Assembly (NCBI GenBank): GCA_023451115.1
Contig: JAEXFV010000154.1
Coordinates: forward strand, 4,944 to 68,943
Origin: Bacillota bacterium
GTDB taxonomy: Bacteria; Bacillota; Clostridia; Christensenellales; CAG-138
Reading direction: 5' to 3'
Length of the DNA: 64,000 nucleotides
A program made the translations under genes and the position numbers. The notes under the pieces were generated by a model. The model made no database searches. It saw only the letters and a program-made list of their open reading frames with translations, and was not told the DNA's origin. Positions 37,841-48,753 of the stretch are shown here, piece by piece; positions within the stretch are counted from its first letter, which is position 1, and every line of letters starts with the position of its first letter.

Positions 37841-40678
37841 ATGAAAGACGCAATCGTAATCAAGGGCGCGCGGGAACATAACCTGAAAAATGTGGATGTA
37901 ACCCTGCCCAGAAACAAACTCATTGTAATGACTGGGTTATCCGGTTCAGGCAAATCCAGCCTGGCCTTTGATACCATATATGCCGAGGGGCAGCGCCGGT
38001 ATGTGGAAAGCCTCTCTTCCTATGCCCGAATGTTTCTGGGGCAGATGGAAAAACCGGAAGTGGACTACATCGAGGGCCTGAGCCCTGCAATTTCTATCGA
38101 TCAGAAAAGCACCAGCCACAACCCGCGCTCCACAGTAGGCACGGTGACGGAAATTCATGATTACCTTCGCCTGCTCTATGCGCGCTGCGGCGTGCCTCAT
38201 TGCCCCAAGTGCGGTAAGCGCATTGAGCGGCAAACCGTGGATCAGGTAGTGGACCAGGTGATGGCGCTGGCAGAAGGTACCCGCATCCAGGTGGTGGCCC
38301 CCTGTGTGCGGGGCCGCAAAGGCGAACATGCCAAACTGCTGGAGCAGCTGCAAAAGGACGGTTACGTGAGGGTGCGGGTGGATGGCGTTCAATACGATAT
38401 TACGGATGTTCCGCCGCTGGAGAAAAAATTGAAGCACACCATCGAAGCCGTGATCGACCGGCTGGTGATTAAGCCCGGCATTGGAAGCAGGCTGTCCGAC
38501 TCGTTGGAAACTGCTTTTCGTATGGCGGAAAATTTGGCTATTGTAGACATTGTGGGCGGGAAGAGCCTGCTGTTTTCTCAGAATTATGCCTGCCCGGACT
38601 GCGGCATTTCCATGGAGGAACTCAGCCCCCGGATGTTCTCCTTCAACAATCCATATGGCGCTTGCCCCACCTGCTCCGGACTGGGATCGTTGATGAAGAT
38701 TGACCCGGATTTGGTCATTCCAGACCGCAGCCTGAGTCTTAACCAGGGGGCGGTAAATGTTTCCGGCTGGAACAGCGCTTCCAAAGGCAGCATTGCAGCC
38801 ATGTATTTTAAAGCTTTGGGGGAGTATCTGGGATTTTCCCTGGATACGCCGGTACGGGACTTACCCAAAAAGGCTCTGGACGCTATCCTTTATGGCACGG
38901 GGAAGGAAAAGCTTCACATTGCTTATGAAAAGGATTATGGAGCGGGCACCTTTGACGCTCCCTTTGAGGGCATTGTCAATAATCTGGAGCGGCGTTACCG
39001 GGAGACCCAGAGCGATTACGCCAAGCAGGAGCTGGAGGCGTACATGTCCCATATTCTCTGCCCGGACTGTAAAGGCAAACGGCTCAAGCCGGAAAGCCTG
39101 GCCGTCACGCTGGGGCAGGAGGGCAGTGGGAAAAATATCGCCCAGCTGAGCGATATGACGGTGCTGGAAGCGCGAAAATTTATTTTAGGCCTCCGACTCA
39201 CCCCTGCCCAAAAGATCATTGCCGCTCAAATTTTTAAAGAGATCGACGCCCGCCTGGGCTTTTTGGTGGATGTAGGGTTGGATTATCTCACCCTGTCCCG
39301 GGCAGCTATGACCTTATCCGGGGGAGAGGCTCAGCGTATTCGGCTGGCCACCCAGATTGGCTCCGGACTGGTGGGGGTTTTGTATATCCTGGATGAACCC
39401 AGCATCGGCCTGCACCAGCGGGACAACGCCAGGCTGCTGGAAACCTTAAAGCACATGCGGGATTTGGGGAATACGCTGATTGTAGTAGAGCATGATGAGG
39501 AAACCATGCTGGCGGCGGATTACCTGGTGGACATTGGCCCTGGAGCAGGGGCGCATGGCGGAGAGATCATCGGCGCAGGCACACCCCAACAGATTATGGA
39601 TACGCCCGGCTCTATTACCGGTGATTATCTTTCCGGGCGCAAATGTATCCCCATTCCGGCCCAGCGCAGGCCATTAAATGGCAAGTGGCTGCAGGTGAAA
39701 GGGGCGCGGGCCAATAACCTGCGCAATATCGACGTGGATATTCCGCTGGGGATGTTTACCTGCGTTACCGGGGTTTCCGGCTCCGGCAAATCCAGCTTGG
39801 TGAATGAGATCATCAAAAAGACGCTGCTGCGGGACTTGAACCGGGCACGCACCCGGCCCGGGGACTGCGATGGGGTGACAGGGCTGGAATACCTGGATAA
39901 GATTATTGATATCGACCAAAGCCCCATCGGCCGCACACCGCGCAGCAACCCCGCCACCTATACGGGCCTGTTCGATTTGGTACGGGAAGTGTTTGCTATG
40001 ACGCCCGATGCAAAGCTCAGGGGATATACCAACGGCCGGTTCAGCTTTAACGTAAAGGGAGGGCGCTGCGAGGCCTGCCGGGGAGACGGTATCATCAAAA
40101 TTGAGATGCACTTTTTGCCGGATGTATATGTGCCCTGCGAGGTGTGCGGCGGGCGGCGCTACAACCGGGAAACCCTGGAAGTGAAATATAAGGGCAAAAG
40201 CATATACGACGTGCTGGAAATGACGGTGGAAGAGGCGCTGAACTTTTTTGCCCCCCTGCCGAAGCTGGCAAAAAAGCTCCAGACTTTATATGATGTAGGC
40301 TTGGGGTATGTGAAGCTGGGGCAGCCCTCTACCCAACTTTCCGGCGGTGAGGCCCAGCGGGTGAAACTGGCCACGGAATTGAGCCGGCGGGATACCGGGA
40401 AAACCCTTTATGTGCTGGACGAACCTACCACTGGCCTGCATGTGGCGGATGTGGAGCGGCTATTGGGCATTTTGCAGCGCCTGTGTGAAAACGGCAGCTC
40501 CGTGCTGGTGATTGAGCATAACCTGGATGTCATAAAAACTGCGGACTATATCATTGATATGGGCCCGGAAGGCGGGGATCGGGGCGGCATGGTTGTGGCG
40601 CAGGGTACGCCCGAGGAAGTGGCAAAAATGCCCCAGAGCTATACCGGGCAGTATTTGGCAAAGCTTTTGCAAAAATAA
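37841..40678 (+). CDS. uvrA: Excinuclease ABC subunit A
   Basis: [23 protein letters not shown], zinc-finger Cys clusters, two ABC signatures LSGGEAQR, and a second Walker [11 protein letters not shown]. Confidence 0.95.
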   Translation: MKDAIVIKGAREHNLKNVDVTLPRNKLIVMTGLSGSGKSSLAFDTIYAEGQRRYVESLSSYARMFLGQMEKPEVDYIEGLSPAISIDQKSTSHNPRSTVGTVTEIHDYLRLLYARCGVPHCPKCGKRIERQTVDQVVDQVMALAEGTRIQVVAPCVRGRKGEHAKLLEQLQKDGYVRVRVDGVQYDITDVPPLEKKLKHTIEAVIDRLVIKPGIGSRLSDSLETAFRMAENLAIVDIVGGKSLLFSQNYACPDCGISMEELSPRMFSFNNPYGACPTCSGLGSLMKIDPDLVIPDRSLSLNQGAVNVSGWNSASKGSIAAMYFKALGEYLGFSLDTPVRDLPKKALDAILYGTGKEKLHIAYEKDYGAGTFDAPFEGIVNNLERRYRETQSDYAKQELEAYMSHILCPDCKGKRLKPESLAVTLGQEGSGKNIAQLSDMTVLEARKFILGLRLTPAQKIIAAQIFKEIDARLGFLVDVGLDYLTLSRAAMTLSGGEAQRIRLATQIGSGLVGVLYILDEPSIGLHQRDNARLLETLKHMRDLGNTLIVVEHDEETMLAADYLVDIGPGAGAHGGEIIGAGTPQQIMDTPGSITGDYLSGRKCIPIPAQRRPLNGKWLQVKGARANNLRNIDVDIPLGMFTCVTGVSGSGKSSLVNEIIKKTLLRDLNRARTRPGDCDGVTGLEYLDKIIDIDQSPIGRTPRSNPATYTGLFDLVREVFAMTPDAKLRGYTNGRFSFNVKGGRCEACRGDGIIKIEMHFLPDVYVPCEVCGGRRYNRETLEVKYKGKSIYDVLEMTVEEALNFFAPLPKLAKKLQTLYDVGLGYVKLGQPSTQLSGGEAQRVKLATELSRRDTGKTLYVLDEPTTGLHVADVERLLGILQRLCENGSSVLVIEHNLDVIKTADYIIDMGPEGGDRGGMVVAQGTPEEVAKMPQSYTGQYLAKLLQK

Positions 40679-40689
40679 TGGGTTTTACA

Positions 40690-40730
40690 GAACCTCTTGG
40701 AAATGTTAAAATTCCCAGGGGTTCTTTCTT
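40690..40730 (+). terminator. Intrinsic terminator after uvrA
   Basis: GAACCTCTTGGAA...TTCCCAGGGGTTC (one mismatch, one G-U pair) followed by TTTCTT. Confidence 0.55.
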
Positions 40731-40925
40731 CCGGCCTACTTGGCTTGGGAGATTTCAACAAGGCGCTATGGGAAAGCCCCTGGATTCGGTCACCTGATCC
40801 GGGCACGCGGGGCGGCTATACAATCCCGCTGCCTTGGTGTAAAATAACAATAGCGGCCAGAGGCCGGGGATCTGCCCTGCAATGCTTTGGGGCTGGTCAG
40901 CATCGTATCATCAGGGGGAGTGTAA

Positions 40926-41666
40926 ATGGAATTTACCATGGAGCGTTGGTATTCTGCTGTGGGGCAGCGCTTTGCTGTGCGCAAATATGCGGGCGCACCA
41001 GGCTCGGAAGAACTGCAGGCGTTGGAGCAGGTGGCAAAAACCTTAACCGGGCAGGGGGTACGCATCGCTCTTTGCCAAAATGACCGGATTTTTTCACCCA
41101 TCTTTTTAGGTTATGGCAAAGTGAAAGGAACCAATTGCTTTGGCGCAATGATACGCAAAGAGGATTCTCCCGCTTATTTGCAAGGGTATCTGGGGGAGGC
41201 GTTTGCGCTGGAGTGCACGGCTCTGGGGCTGGGGACCTGCTGGCTGGCCAACTACAATAAAAAGGCGGCGCAGGCCGTTGTGCCTTTGGAAGAAGGCGAG
41301 GCGCTGGGTTGCATTATTGCTGTGGGGCAGCCTGGGGAATCTTATGCAGCACGACCCCGCAAAACATTGGATCGATTAACCGGATTAAGCCAGGAGGCGT
41401 TGCAGGATCTGCCGGAATGGCAGCAAAGGGCTTTGGAGTGTGCCAGAATGGCGCCCTCCGCCGTCAACGGCCAGCCCTGGAGGTTTTTACCGGAAGAGGA
41501 CGCCATCCGGGTGGTGAACACCAGCAACAACTATGGCCACGGCAAGCTGGATTGCGGCATTGCTATGTTGCATATCGAGTTGGGTGCCGCCCATTGCGGC
41601 GTTGCGGGAGATTGGCGCTTTGAAGGGGAGGATGCGGTATTTGTCCCCGTTACCTACGGAAATTGA
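40926..41666 (+). CDS. Nitroreductase-family protein
   Basis: RFAVRKY near the N-terminus, LGLGTCWL, and SAVNGQPWRF in a second half. Nitroreductase-like fold is inferred from these motifs only. Confidence 0.65.
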   Translation: MEFTMERWYSAVGQRFAVRKYAGAPGSEELQALEQVAKTLTGQGVRIALCQNDRIFSPIFLGYGKVKGTNCFGAMIRKEDSPAYLQGYLGEAFALECTALGLGTCWLANYNKKAAQAVVPLEEGEALGCIIAVGQPGESYAARPRKTLDRLTGLSQEALQDLPEWQQRALECARMAPSAVNGQPWRFLPEEDAIRVVNTSNNYGHGKLDCGIAMLHIELGAAHCGVAGDWRFEGEDAVFVPVTYGN

Positions 41667-41671
41667 AAAAT

Positions 41672-41703
41672 AAAAGCGTTCCGGCAAAAGCCGGAACGCT
41701 TTT
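41672..41703. terminator. Bidirectional intrinsic terminator
   Basis: AAAAGCGTTCCGGC-aaaa-GCCGGAACGCTTTT. Confidence 0.8.
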
Positions 41704-41769
41704 ATGGTTTTCCTGAGGGATCAACCCCGATGGCTGCGATTGCCGAGGATTTCCTGGCTGTTCAGGGCT

Positions 41770-42111
41770 TTATACTTTTTGGAACTGTTCCACATCCACT
41801 ACGAAGATGGTACTGCCGCCAACATCCACCTGTATGGGGATGGGCATGTCATTAACGCCGGCACATTGGTTGCCCTCCGCAATGGTGGGGGTGGAATACA
41901 TGGTGGTTTTGCGTTGTCCCGCGCATTCCTTAATGATCGACAGCGCTTTTTCAATTTGATGATCCTCTGCACAGATCATCAGCGTGGAGTTTTTCGTTTT
42001 TAAAAAGCCCCCTGTTGTGGATAAATGGGTTACAAAATAGCCGGACTGATTGAGCTTGGCAATGGTGTCGTCCTTGTCCTCTTTATGGACAATCGCTAAA
42101 ATCAGTTTCAT
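41770..42111 (-). CDS. darA: PII-like cyclic-di-AMP receptor (DarA/PstA, DUF970)
   Basis: MKLILAIVHKEDKDDTIAKLNQSGYFVTHLSTTGGFLK... is the typical DarA N-terminus. 113 aa. Confidence 0.8.
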   Translation of the reverse strand: MKLILAIVHKEDKDDTIAKLNQSGYFVTHLSTTGGFLKTKNSTLMICAEDHQIEKALSIIKECAGQRKTTMYSTPTIAEGNQCAGVNDMPIPIQVDVGGSTIFVVDVEQFQKV

Positions 42112-42196
42112 AAATTGTGCCTCCCTTAGGATCTTTTATGGTTAGGCATGGAGGGTCGTGTTTTCCTGCCTTAAGGTTTCGCAGAAAGGGCAATGG

Positions 42197-43165
42197 TTAG
42201 GACTTTTTTAAATGCCCATGGCCGTGCTGATAAAGCTGGCGATTGTCCAACGCCCAGATGCGCTCAGAAAATCCGCCAACCGGCACGCCTGCAAGGGCAT
42301 CAAACATTTCATACATGCGGCTGTCCAGCATATCCAGCTCGGAAAGCACTTCCGCTTCCGGAAACATAGGAGGCCGGGGACTGCCGAATTCCGGCACGCC
42401 ATGGTGGGAGAGCAGCATATGCTGCACCAGCATGCAAAGGCTTTGGGGGATGTCCAGCAGTTCACAGGTGGAGCCGATTAAATCCACGCCCATGTTGATG
42501 TGCCCCAACAACTGCCCGGGAACGCTGTATCCTCCCGCAACGCCCAGCTCGCCAACCTCAAGCTCATCCAGCTTTGCGATATCATGTAAAATTGCCCCGG
42601 CATACACCAGGTCGGAATCCAGAGCGGGATATTGTTTGCACACTTCCCGCGCAAGTTGCACAATGCTCAGGGTGTGGTGCAGCAGCCCGCCCCGGGTGGC
42701 ATGATGCAGTTTTACTGCCGCAGGCGCGCGGAGCAGGCGCTCTTTGTTGGTGCGCAGCAAATATTGGGCCAGGCGGCAAAGATCCGGATCCTGAAATTCC
42801 TCCGCTGTTTGATACAGCTGGTCGTACATCCATTGGCTGTCAAAGGGTGCACAGGGCACCAGCTGGGACATATCCACGTCATCCTGGGAAGTAACCGGGC
42901 GGATACGATCCACCTTGAGCTGTTCCGCCTCTTTCCACAGTGTGATGCTGCCCCGCACTTTTACCACCTGATCCGCTTCATAGCTGCCATGCTGCATAGG
43001 ATTGTAATCCCACAGTTTACCGGGTGCTTCCCCTTCGCAGTCTGCTAAAATCAGATCCAGATAGTCGCTTCCTTTGCTGTTGACCTTTACCTGCACACTT
43101 TTGATGATGCAAAAGCCCTCAAAGATATTGTTTACTGCCTGATTCAATAGCCGCATTCTGCCCAT
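42197..43165 (-). CDS. yhaM: 3'-5' exoribonuclease YhaM (OB-fold plus HD domain)
   Basis: N-terminal OB region (YLDLILADCEGE..GKLWD). HD motifs HHATRGGLLHHTL and ILHDIAK. RBS GGGGAGG upstream of ATG 43165. Confidence 0.85.
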   Translation of the reverse strand: MGRMRLLNQAVNNIFEGFCIIKSVQVKVNSKGSDYLDLILADCEGEAPGKLWDYNPMQHGSYEADQVVKVRGSITLWKEAEQLKVDRIRPVTSQDDVDMSQLVPCAPFDSQWMYDQLYQTAEEFQDPDLCRLAQYLLRTNKERLLRAPAAVKLHHATRGGLLHHTLSIVQLAREVCKQYPALDSDLVYAGAILHDIAKLDELEVGELGVAGGYSVPGQLLGHINMGVDLIGSTCELLDIPQSLCMLVQHMLLSHHGVPEFGSPRPPMFPEAEVLSELDMLDSRMYEMFDALAGVPVGGFSERIWALDNRQLYQHGHGHLKKS

Positions 43166-43445
43166 TCGCTTTCCTCCCCAGCCTTTTGGCTTTCCTTCCC
43201 TCGAAAGGATTGGCTTTCGAGAGCTTCAACAAAGTTCGGCGTCCATAGACCGCCGCTCTTTTCAATAGTATAGCATATTGGGAGCGGATATCAGAAGATA
43301 TTTTCCCTTTCCTGCCGCTTTGTGTTACAATAAATGAAGAAAATATGTTCCCCCGCAAACCTTTCCGGCTTTCGGGGGTAAGCAAGAAGCTATGCCAAAG
43401 CCGGCGGCTTGGCCACTTTAGAGAACGACTGGAGATAGAAAGACG

Positions 43446-44540
43446 ATGAAACTCGGCGTAGTTGGACTGCCCAATGTTGGAAAGAGCACGTTGTTCAATG
43501 CCATCACCCAGGCGGGTGCACAAGCGGCAAATTATCCTTTTTGCACCATTGAGCCAAATGTTGGCGTAGTGGCAGTGCCGGATGAGCGGCTGGATGTGCT
43601 GGCAAATATGCATCATCCCGAAAAGATTACCCCTACCACCATTGAATTTGTGGATATTGCAGGGCTGGTGCAGGGCGCTTCCCGGGGAGAGGGGCTGGGA
43701 AACAAGTTTCTTTCCCATATCCGGGAGGTAGACGCCATCGTCCACGTGGTACGCTGCTTTGAGGACGAGAATATCGTCCATGTAGACGGCTCGGTAGACC
43801 CTGTGCGGGACATGGAAACCATTAATTTGGAGTTGGTGCTGGCAGATCTGGAAACGGTGGAAAAACGGCTGGAAAAGGCCAAAAAGATGTCGAAAGGCGG
43901 CGATAAAAAGCAGCTGGAGGAAGCGGCGTTGTTGGAGCGGCTGCAAAAACATCTGGAGGCGGGCAAGCCTGCCCGCACCCTGGAGCTGGAGGAAGAGGAA
44001 AAGGAAGCGGCAAGGGGATTTTTCCTGCTCACATCAAAGCCGGTGATTTATGTAGCGAATATCAGGGAAGAGGACATTCCCGATAAAGACCATCTGCCTA
44101 TGGTGCAGGCGCTATATGCTGCGGCCAAAGCGGAAGGGGCGGAGGCGCTTACCATCTGTGCCCGGGTGGAGGAAGAGCTAAGCGGACTGGAACCGGAAGA
44201 AAAACAGGCATTTTTAGAGGAAATGGGCATTGGAGAAAGCGGTTTGGATCAGCTGGTAAAGGCCTGCTACCGGCTGCTGGGGTTAATCAGTTATCTTACC
44301 GCAGGCCCCAAGGAAGTACGGGCATGGACCATCGAAAAAGGAACCAAGGCGCCCCAGGCGGCAGGCAAAATCCACTCGGACTTTGAACGGGGATTCATTC
44401 GGGCGGAGGTTGTTGCATATGATACGCTGATGGAGCAGGGCGCCATGCAGGCCTGCAAAGAAAAAGGCCTGATCCGTTCGGAAGGCAAAGAGTATGTGAT
44501 GCAGGATGGGGATATTGTGTTGTTCCGTTTCAACGTATAA
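43446..44540 (+). CDS. ychF: Redox-regulated ATPase YchF
   Basis: MKLGVVGLPNVGKSTLFNA, DIAGLV.GAS.GEGLGN and a C-terminal TGS-like FIRAEV...GKEYVMQDGDIV. Confidence 0.95.
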   Translation: MKLGVVGLPNVGKSTLFNAITQAGAQAANYPFCTIEPNVGVVAVPDERLDVLANMHHPEKITPTTIEFVDIAGLVQGASRGEGLGNKFLSHIREVDAIVHVVRCFEDENIVHVDGSVDPVRDMETINLELVLADLETVEKRLEKAKKMSKGGDKKQLEEAALLERLQKHLEAGKPARTLELEEEEKEAARGFFLLTSKPVIYVANIREEDIPDKDHLPMVQALYAAAKAEGAEALTICARVEEELSGLEPEEKQAFLEEMGIGESGLDQLVKACYRLLGLISYLTAGPKEVRAWTIEKGTKAPQAAGKIHSDFERGFIRAEVVAYDTLMEQGAMQACKEKGLIRSEGKEYVMQDGDIVLFRFNV

Positions 44541-44668
44541 TCCCTTTTGAGCAGCCACCGGGAAAATAGAATAAAAGGCAAGAAATACAAAAAGGTTGAC
44601 GCACCATTTGACCAGGGCAGGATCATATGGCGCCAGAATTTTCTGGGCGCGGAAAGGGAGACAAGCGC

Positions 44669-45262
44669 ATGGAGGCTTTTTTTGCATCGTTGTCTGAGTT
44701 TTGCAGCAGCAAAAGCGGTTGGGTGTACGTGTTTATCTTCTGTGGGAAGATATTTGAGGTGTCCGTATCTACCCTGCGCATTGTGCTGATTAACCGGGGA
44801 ATTCGGGTGGTAGGCAGTGTAATTGCAGTGCTGGAAGTCACCCTGTGGCTGATTGTAGCCAGCACGGTGCTGGTGGGGTATCAATCCGACCCGCTGAAAA
44901 TTCTATTTTATGCATTAGCTTTTGGGCTGGGGAATTTCATGGGATCCTGGCTGGATGAACGGCTGGCTTTTGGATTATCCTCTGTGCAGGTGGTGGTGCC
45001 GGATGAAGCGGATTCTAACCAACTTTGCCTGATTCTGCGGGAAAAAGGGTTTGGCGTTACCACTATGGATGTCCATGGCAAAGACGACAGCAAGCATTTT
45101 ATGCTGTTGCTGATGCTCAAACGAAAACTGCTTAAAGAAGCAATGGACACCATTAATCGCAATTGTGAAAAGGCAGTTATCACGGTGAGCGATGTAAAGT
45201 CACAAAGAGGCGGCTATCTGCGCAGCCCGGTGCCCCGCCGCCGGTGGTTGCTGATGAAGTAG
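44669..45262 (+). CDS. UPF0316/DUF2179-family membrane protein
   Basis: TM N-terminal half (VSVSTLRIVLINRG..) and a C-terminal DUF2179-like FGVTTMDVHGKD... Start set at ATG 44669 (GGAAAGGGAG 8 nt upstream). Confidence 0.7.
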   Translation: MEAFFASLSEFCSSKSGWVYVFIFCGKIFEVSVSTLRIVLINRGIRVVGSVIAVLEVTLWLIVASTVLVGYQSDPLKILFYALAFGLGNFMGSWLDERLAFGLSSVQVVVPDEADSNQLCLILREKGFGVTTMDVHGKDDSKHFMLLLMLKRKLLKEAMDTINRNCEKAVITVSDVKSQRGGYLRSPVPRRRWLLMK

Positions 45263-45282
45263 CACTTGACTTGAAATAAGCA

Positions 45283-45320
45283 AAACCCGGCCTGCAAGGG
45301 TGTCCTTGCAGACCGGGTTT
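45283..45320 (+). terminator. Intrinsic terminator
   Basis: AAACCCGGcCTGCAAGG-gtgt-CCTTGCAGaCCGGGTTT, then CTGTTT. Confidence 0.65.
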
Positions 45321-45343
45321 CTGTTTGCCTTGCCTCCATGCGC

Positions 45344-45372
45344 TTGACAAACAGGCGTAGGAGGGATATGAT
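45344..45372 (+). promoter_or_regulatory. Sigma-A-type promoter candidate of the his operon
   Basis: TTGACA (45344-45349), 17-nt spacer, TATGAT (45367-45372). Lies 46 nt upstream of the hisZ ATG. Confidence 0.5.
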
Positions 45373-45418
45373 ATGTTTTATCGATTTAGCACGCTAAAGC
45401 AAAGGCGGTTGAGAATAT

Positions 45419-46597
45419 ATGGAACGCTACAAAAGACAAATCCCTGAAGGAGTGCAGGATACACTGCCACTGGAGTGTTATCACAAACGGCGGTTGGAAG
45501 AACAGATCATGGCTGTATTCAAGGCGGCGGGATACGATGAAATTGAAACGCCAACCTTTGAGTACTATGATGTGTTTGCTGGGGGAATTGGGGAAGTACG
45601 GCAGGAAAAGCTGCAAAAGTTTTTTGACGATAAGGGACGCATACTGGTGTTGCGCCCTGATATTACCATGCCGATTGCCCGCCTTGCGGCAACCCGCCTG
45701 TATGAAGGGGCGCCCCTCAGGCTTTGTTACCGGGGAAACGCCTTTGGCACGGACGGCGCTTTTTACGCAGAACAAAAGGAGTTTACCCAGATGGGGGTGG
45801 AGCAGCTGGGAGTAAAGGGCCCTGAAGCGGATGCTGCGCTGATCGCCCTCTCACTGGAGGCGCTGCGGGCGGCTGGCCTGGGAGATACGGTAATCGAGCT
45901 GGGGCAGGTGGAGTTCTTCAAAGGGCTGATGGAGGAGGCAGGGGTGAACGTCCAGGCGGCGGATACGCTGCGCAGGTATGTGGATGAAAAAAACCTATTG
46001 GGTCTGGAGCTTTGCCTGAAAGAACTGGATGTGGAAGAAACGCTGCGGGAAAAAGTCTTGCGCCTCACCAACCTGTATGGTGGGGAAGAAGTGTTTGAGG
46101 AAGCTTTCGCCTTTTCCCACAGCCCGCGCTGCAGGGCTGCGGTGATGAACAGTAAAACCATATATGAAATCCTTTGCGATTTTGGCCTTGCTTCCCATGT
46201 ATCCATCGATTTTGGCATGCTGCAATCCATGGATTATTACTCCGGCATGGTGTTTAAAGGGATTAGCGCAGGCATTGGACAGCCTGTGCTTTCCGGCGGC
46301 CGGTATGACCACCTGACTGCCCAATTTGGAAAAGATATCCCTGCTACTGGTTTTTCCCTGGACAGTAAGCGCATCTTGGTGGCGTTGGACCGTAAGGGGG
46401 CGCTACAGGGAGGCCCCAGAGCGGATGCAGTCATTTCTGCTGCAGAGCATTGCCGCAAGCTTGCCTACCGGCGGGCAAACGCACTGAGAGGCAGCGGGCT
46501 GAGAACGGTGCTTGCGCTGCATTTGGACCGGGAGGGGTTGGAAACGTATGCGGCGGGCATTGGAGCAAAGGCTGTTTGGGTGGAGGAAAAGGCATGA
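45419..46597 (+). CDS. hisZ: ATP phosphoribosyltransferase regulatory subunit
   Basis: HisRS-like core without an anticodon-binding domain (PEGVQD, LRPDITMPIAR, QMGVEQLG, YYSGMVF). Directly coupled to short-form hisG. Confidence 0.85.
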   Translation: MERYKRQIPEGVQDTLPLECYHKRRLEEQIMAVFKAAGYDEIETPTFEYYDVFAGGIGEVRQEKLQKFFDDKGRILVLRPDITMPIARLAATRLYEGAPLRLCYRGNAFGTDGAFYAEQKEFTQMGVEQLGVKGPEADAALIALSLEALRAAGLGDTVIELGQVEFFKGLMEEAGVNVQAADTLRRYVDEKNLLGLELCLKELDVEETLREKVLRLTNLYGGEEVFEEAFAFSHSPRCRAAVMNSKTIYEILCDFGLASHVSIDFGMLQSMDYYSGMVFKGISAGIGQPVLSGGRYDHLTAQFGKDIPATGFSLDSKRILVALDRKGALQGGPRADAVISAAEHCRKLAYRRANALRGSGLRTVLALHLDREGLETYAAGIGAKAVWVEEKA

Positions 46598-47244
46598 TGC
46601 AGGATGATCGGATTACCATTGCGCTGGCTAAGGGGCGTTTGGCGGATTATGCAATTGATTTGCTGGAGGATTGCGGCGTAGCGGTGGAAGCGCTGCGCCA
46701 CCCTGGCCGCCGGCTGATCCTGGAGGATGAGGCAAACGGCTATCGCTTTGTGCTGGTAAAACCCACGGACGTGCCTACTTATGTATACTATGGCGTGGCG
46801 GATCTGGGCGTGGCGGGGAAGGATACCATCATGGAGCAAAACCTGCCGTTGTATGAAATGCTGGATTTGGGGTTTGGACGATGCCGCCTGTGCGTATGCG
46901 GTTTCGCGGAAGGGCCCAGGCCCAGCGTAACCGTGAGCAACCTGCGGGTTGCCACCAAATATCCCAATATTGCCCGCAGCCTCTATCATGCGCGGGGGGA
47001 AAATATCGACATCATCAAGCTCAACGGCTCTGTGGAGTTGGGGCCTTTAACCGGCATGAGCGACGTGATTTTAGATGTGGTGGAAAGCGGAAAAACCCTG
47101 GAGGAAAATGGTTTGGTGGTGCTGGAAGAGGTAAGCGAGGTAACGGCCCGGGTGGTGGTAAACCGGGTAAGCCTGAAAACCAAGCGGCAGCGCATCCGGG
47201 GGCTAATCGCCGCACTGGAACAGGCCAATAAAATTGCGAAATAA
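46594..47244 (+). CDS. hisG: ATP phosphoribosyltransferase (short form)
   Basis: ITIALAKGRL start, LVKPTDVPTYV, LNGSVELGPLTG. ATGA overlap with the hisZ stop codon. The track ORF 46450.. was trimmed. Confidence 0.9.
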   Translation: MMQDDRITIALAKGRLADYAIDLLEDCGVAVEALRHPGRRLILEDEANGYRFVLVKPTDVPTYVYYGVADLGVAGKDTIMEQNLPLYEMLDLGFGRCRLCVCGFAEGPRPSVTVSNLRVATKYPNIARSLYHARGENIDIIKLNGSVELGPLTGMSDVILDVVESGKTLEENGLVVLEEVSEVTARVVVNRVSLKTKRQRIRGLIAALEQANKIAK

Positions 47245-47361
47245 GTATGAATATTGCCCTGCCTACTGGAAATTGCTTGAAAATCCCGGTATATTAGTTA
47301 CAGAGAAAGCAATACCGTCAGATCTGGTTAGGGCTGTGCCCTAGGGAAACAGGGGGATAAT

Positions 47362-48651
47362 ATGATCAAGGTTTATGATGCAAGGCAAGATCAGGATGCC
47401 ATTTTGGAAAAGTTGGCAGCAAGAAACCGGGAAATCGATGAGAGTGTGCGGGAAACCGTGCGGGGGATGATAAAAGCTGTCCGGGAGGAAGGCGATGTGG
47501 CGCTGCTGCGTTATTCCAAGCAGTTTGACTGGCCGTTGATGACCGGGCGGGATATTGTGGTTTCGGAAGATGAAATTGCTGCTGCATACGGGGAAATCCA
47601 GCCCAAAACCCTCAACGCCCTGCGGGCCGCGGCTGTGAATATTCGAGCCTATCATGAAAAACAGCTGCGGGAAGGCTATATGATGGGAGAACGGGGCAAG
47701 CGCACCGGCCAGCTCATCCGCCCTTTAAACCGGGTGGGGGTTTATGTGCCGGGGGGCCGCGCCGCCTACCCTTCCAGCGTACTGATGAATATCCTGCCGG
47801 CTAAAGTGGCCGGGGTGCAGGATGTGATTATGGTGACGCCGCCGGATCAATCCGGTAAAATCAACCCTATGACGCTGGTGGCTGCCAATGAAGCGGGGGC
47901 GGATAAGGTGCTGCGTATCGGCGGCGCGCAGGCGATCGCCGCATTGGCCTATGGCACCAATACCGTGCCCAAAGTGGATAAAATCACAGGCCCCGGCAAT
48001 ATTTACGTTGCCGCTGCCAAACGCGAGGTGTTTGGCACAGTGGGTATTGATATGATGGCTGGCCCCTCGGAAGTGCTGATCGTTGCGGATATGAGCGCCA
48101 ACGCCGCTTTTGTGGCGGCGGATATGCTTTCCCAGGCCGAGCATGATCCTCTGGCGGCCGCATTCCTAGTGACAGATAGCCTGAAGCTGGCGGAGATGGT
48201 ACAGGATCAGCTGGCGCGACAGCTGGGCCGCCTGGAGCGCCAGGACATTGCCCGCAGCTCCATTGAGGATCAGAGCGGGATTATCATCACCCAAAGTGTT
48301 GCGGACAGCATAGAAGTAGCAAACCGCATCGCGCCAGAACACCTGGAGCTGATGCTGGAACGGCCCGCCGCCTATCTGGACCAGGTGCAGAATGCAGGCG
48401 CGGTATTCCTGGGCGCCTATTCTCCCGAGCCTCTTGGGGATTATTTTGCGGGCACCAACCATGTGTTGCCAACAGGGGGAACTGCCCGTTTCTCCTCTCC
48501 GCTGGGAGTGGACGATTTTATTAAGCGCACCAGCATGGTGTTTTACAGCCGGGAGGGGTTGGAAACCGCGGCGGTTGATGTAACCACTCTGGCCTATGCA
48601 GAAGGGCTGAGCGCCCATGCCAGGGCCATAGAAATCCGGTTTGAAAAATGA
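47362..48651 (+). CDS. hisD: Histidinol dehydrogenase
   Basis: YVPGGRAAYPSSVLM, GPGNIYVAAAK, SQAEHD and YFAGTNHVLPT motifs. Confidence 0.95.
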   Translation: MIKVYDARQDQDAILEKLAARNREIDESVRETVRGMIKAVREEGDVALLRYSKQFDWPLMTGRDIVVSEDEIAAAYGEIQPKTLNALRAAAVNIRAYHEKQLREGYMMGERGKRTGQLIRPLNRVGVYVPGGRAAYPSSVLMNILPAKVAGVQDVIMVTPPDQSGKINPMTLVAANEAGADKVLRIGGAQAIAALAYGTNTVPKVDKITGPGNIYVAAAKREVFGTVGIDMMAGPSEVLIVADMSANAAFVAADMLSQAEHDPLAAAFLVTDSLKLAEMVQDQLARQLGRLERQDIARSSIEDQSGIIITQSVADSIEVANRIAPEHLELMLERPAAYLDQVQNAGAVFLGAYSPEPLGDYFAGTNHVLPTGGTARFSSPLGVDDFIKRTSMVFYSREGLETAAVDVTTLAYAEGLSAHARAIEIRFEK

Positions 48652-48753
48652 GGATACCATGCCCTGAAAAATAGCCGCCCTCTCAGGCCATAGGCTTTGG
48701 GGACTTTATCTGTCCCGCAGGCGGAACGAGAGGCAAGCCAGAAGGAGGCAACC

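Noticed and set aside
40731-40925. About 195 nt of GC-rich non-coding spacer between the uvrA terminator and the nitroreductase gene, possibly an ncRNA or riboswitch
   Set aside because: It contains a few short hairpins (for example GCGGG...CCCGC and GGCC-aga-GGCC) but no motif I can assign. The track ORFs 40697..41083 and 40790..41101 look spurious. Left unannotated pending an Rfam scan.
45263-45418. T-box or attenuator leader for the his operon
   Set aside because: The distance between the promoter-like element and the hisZ start codon is about 46 nt, too short for a T-box. The only large hairpin (45283-45320) is the terminator of the upstream gene.
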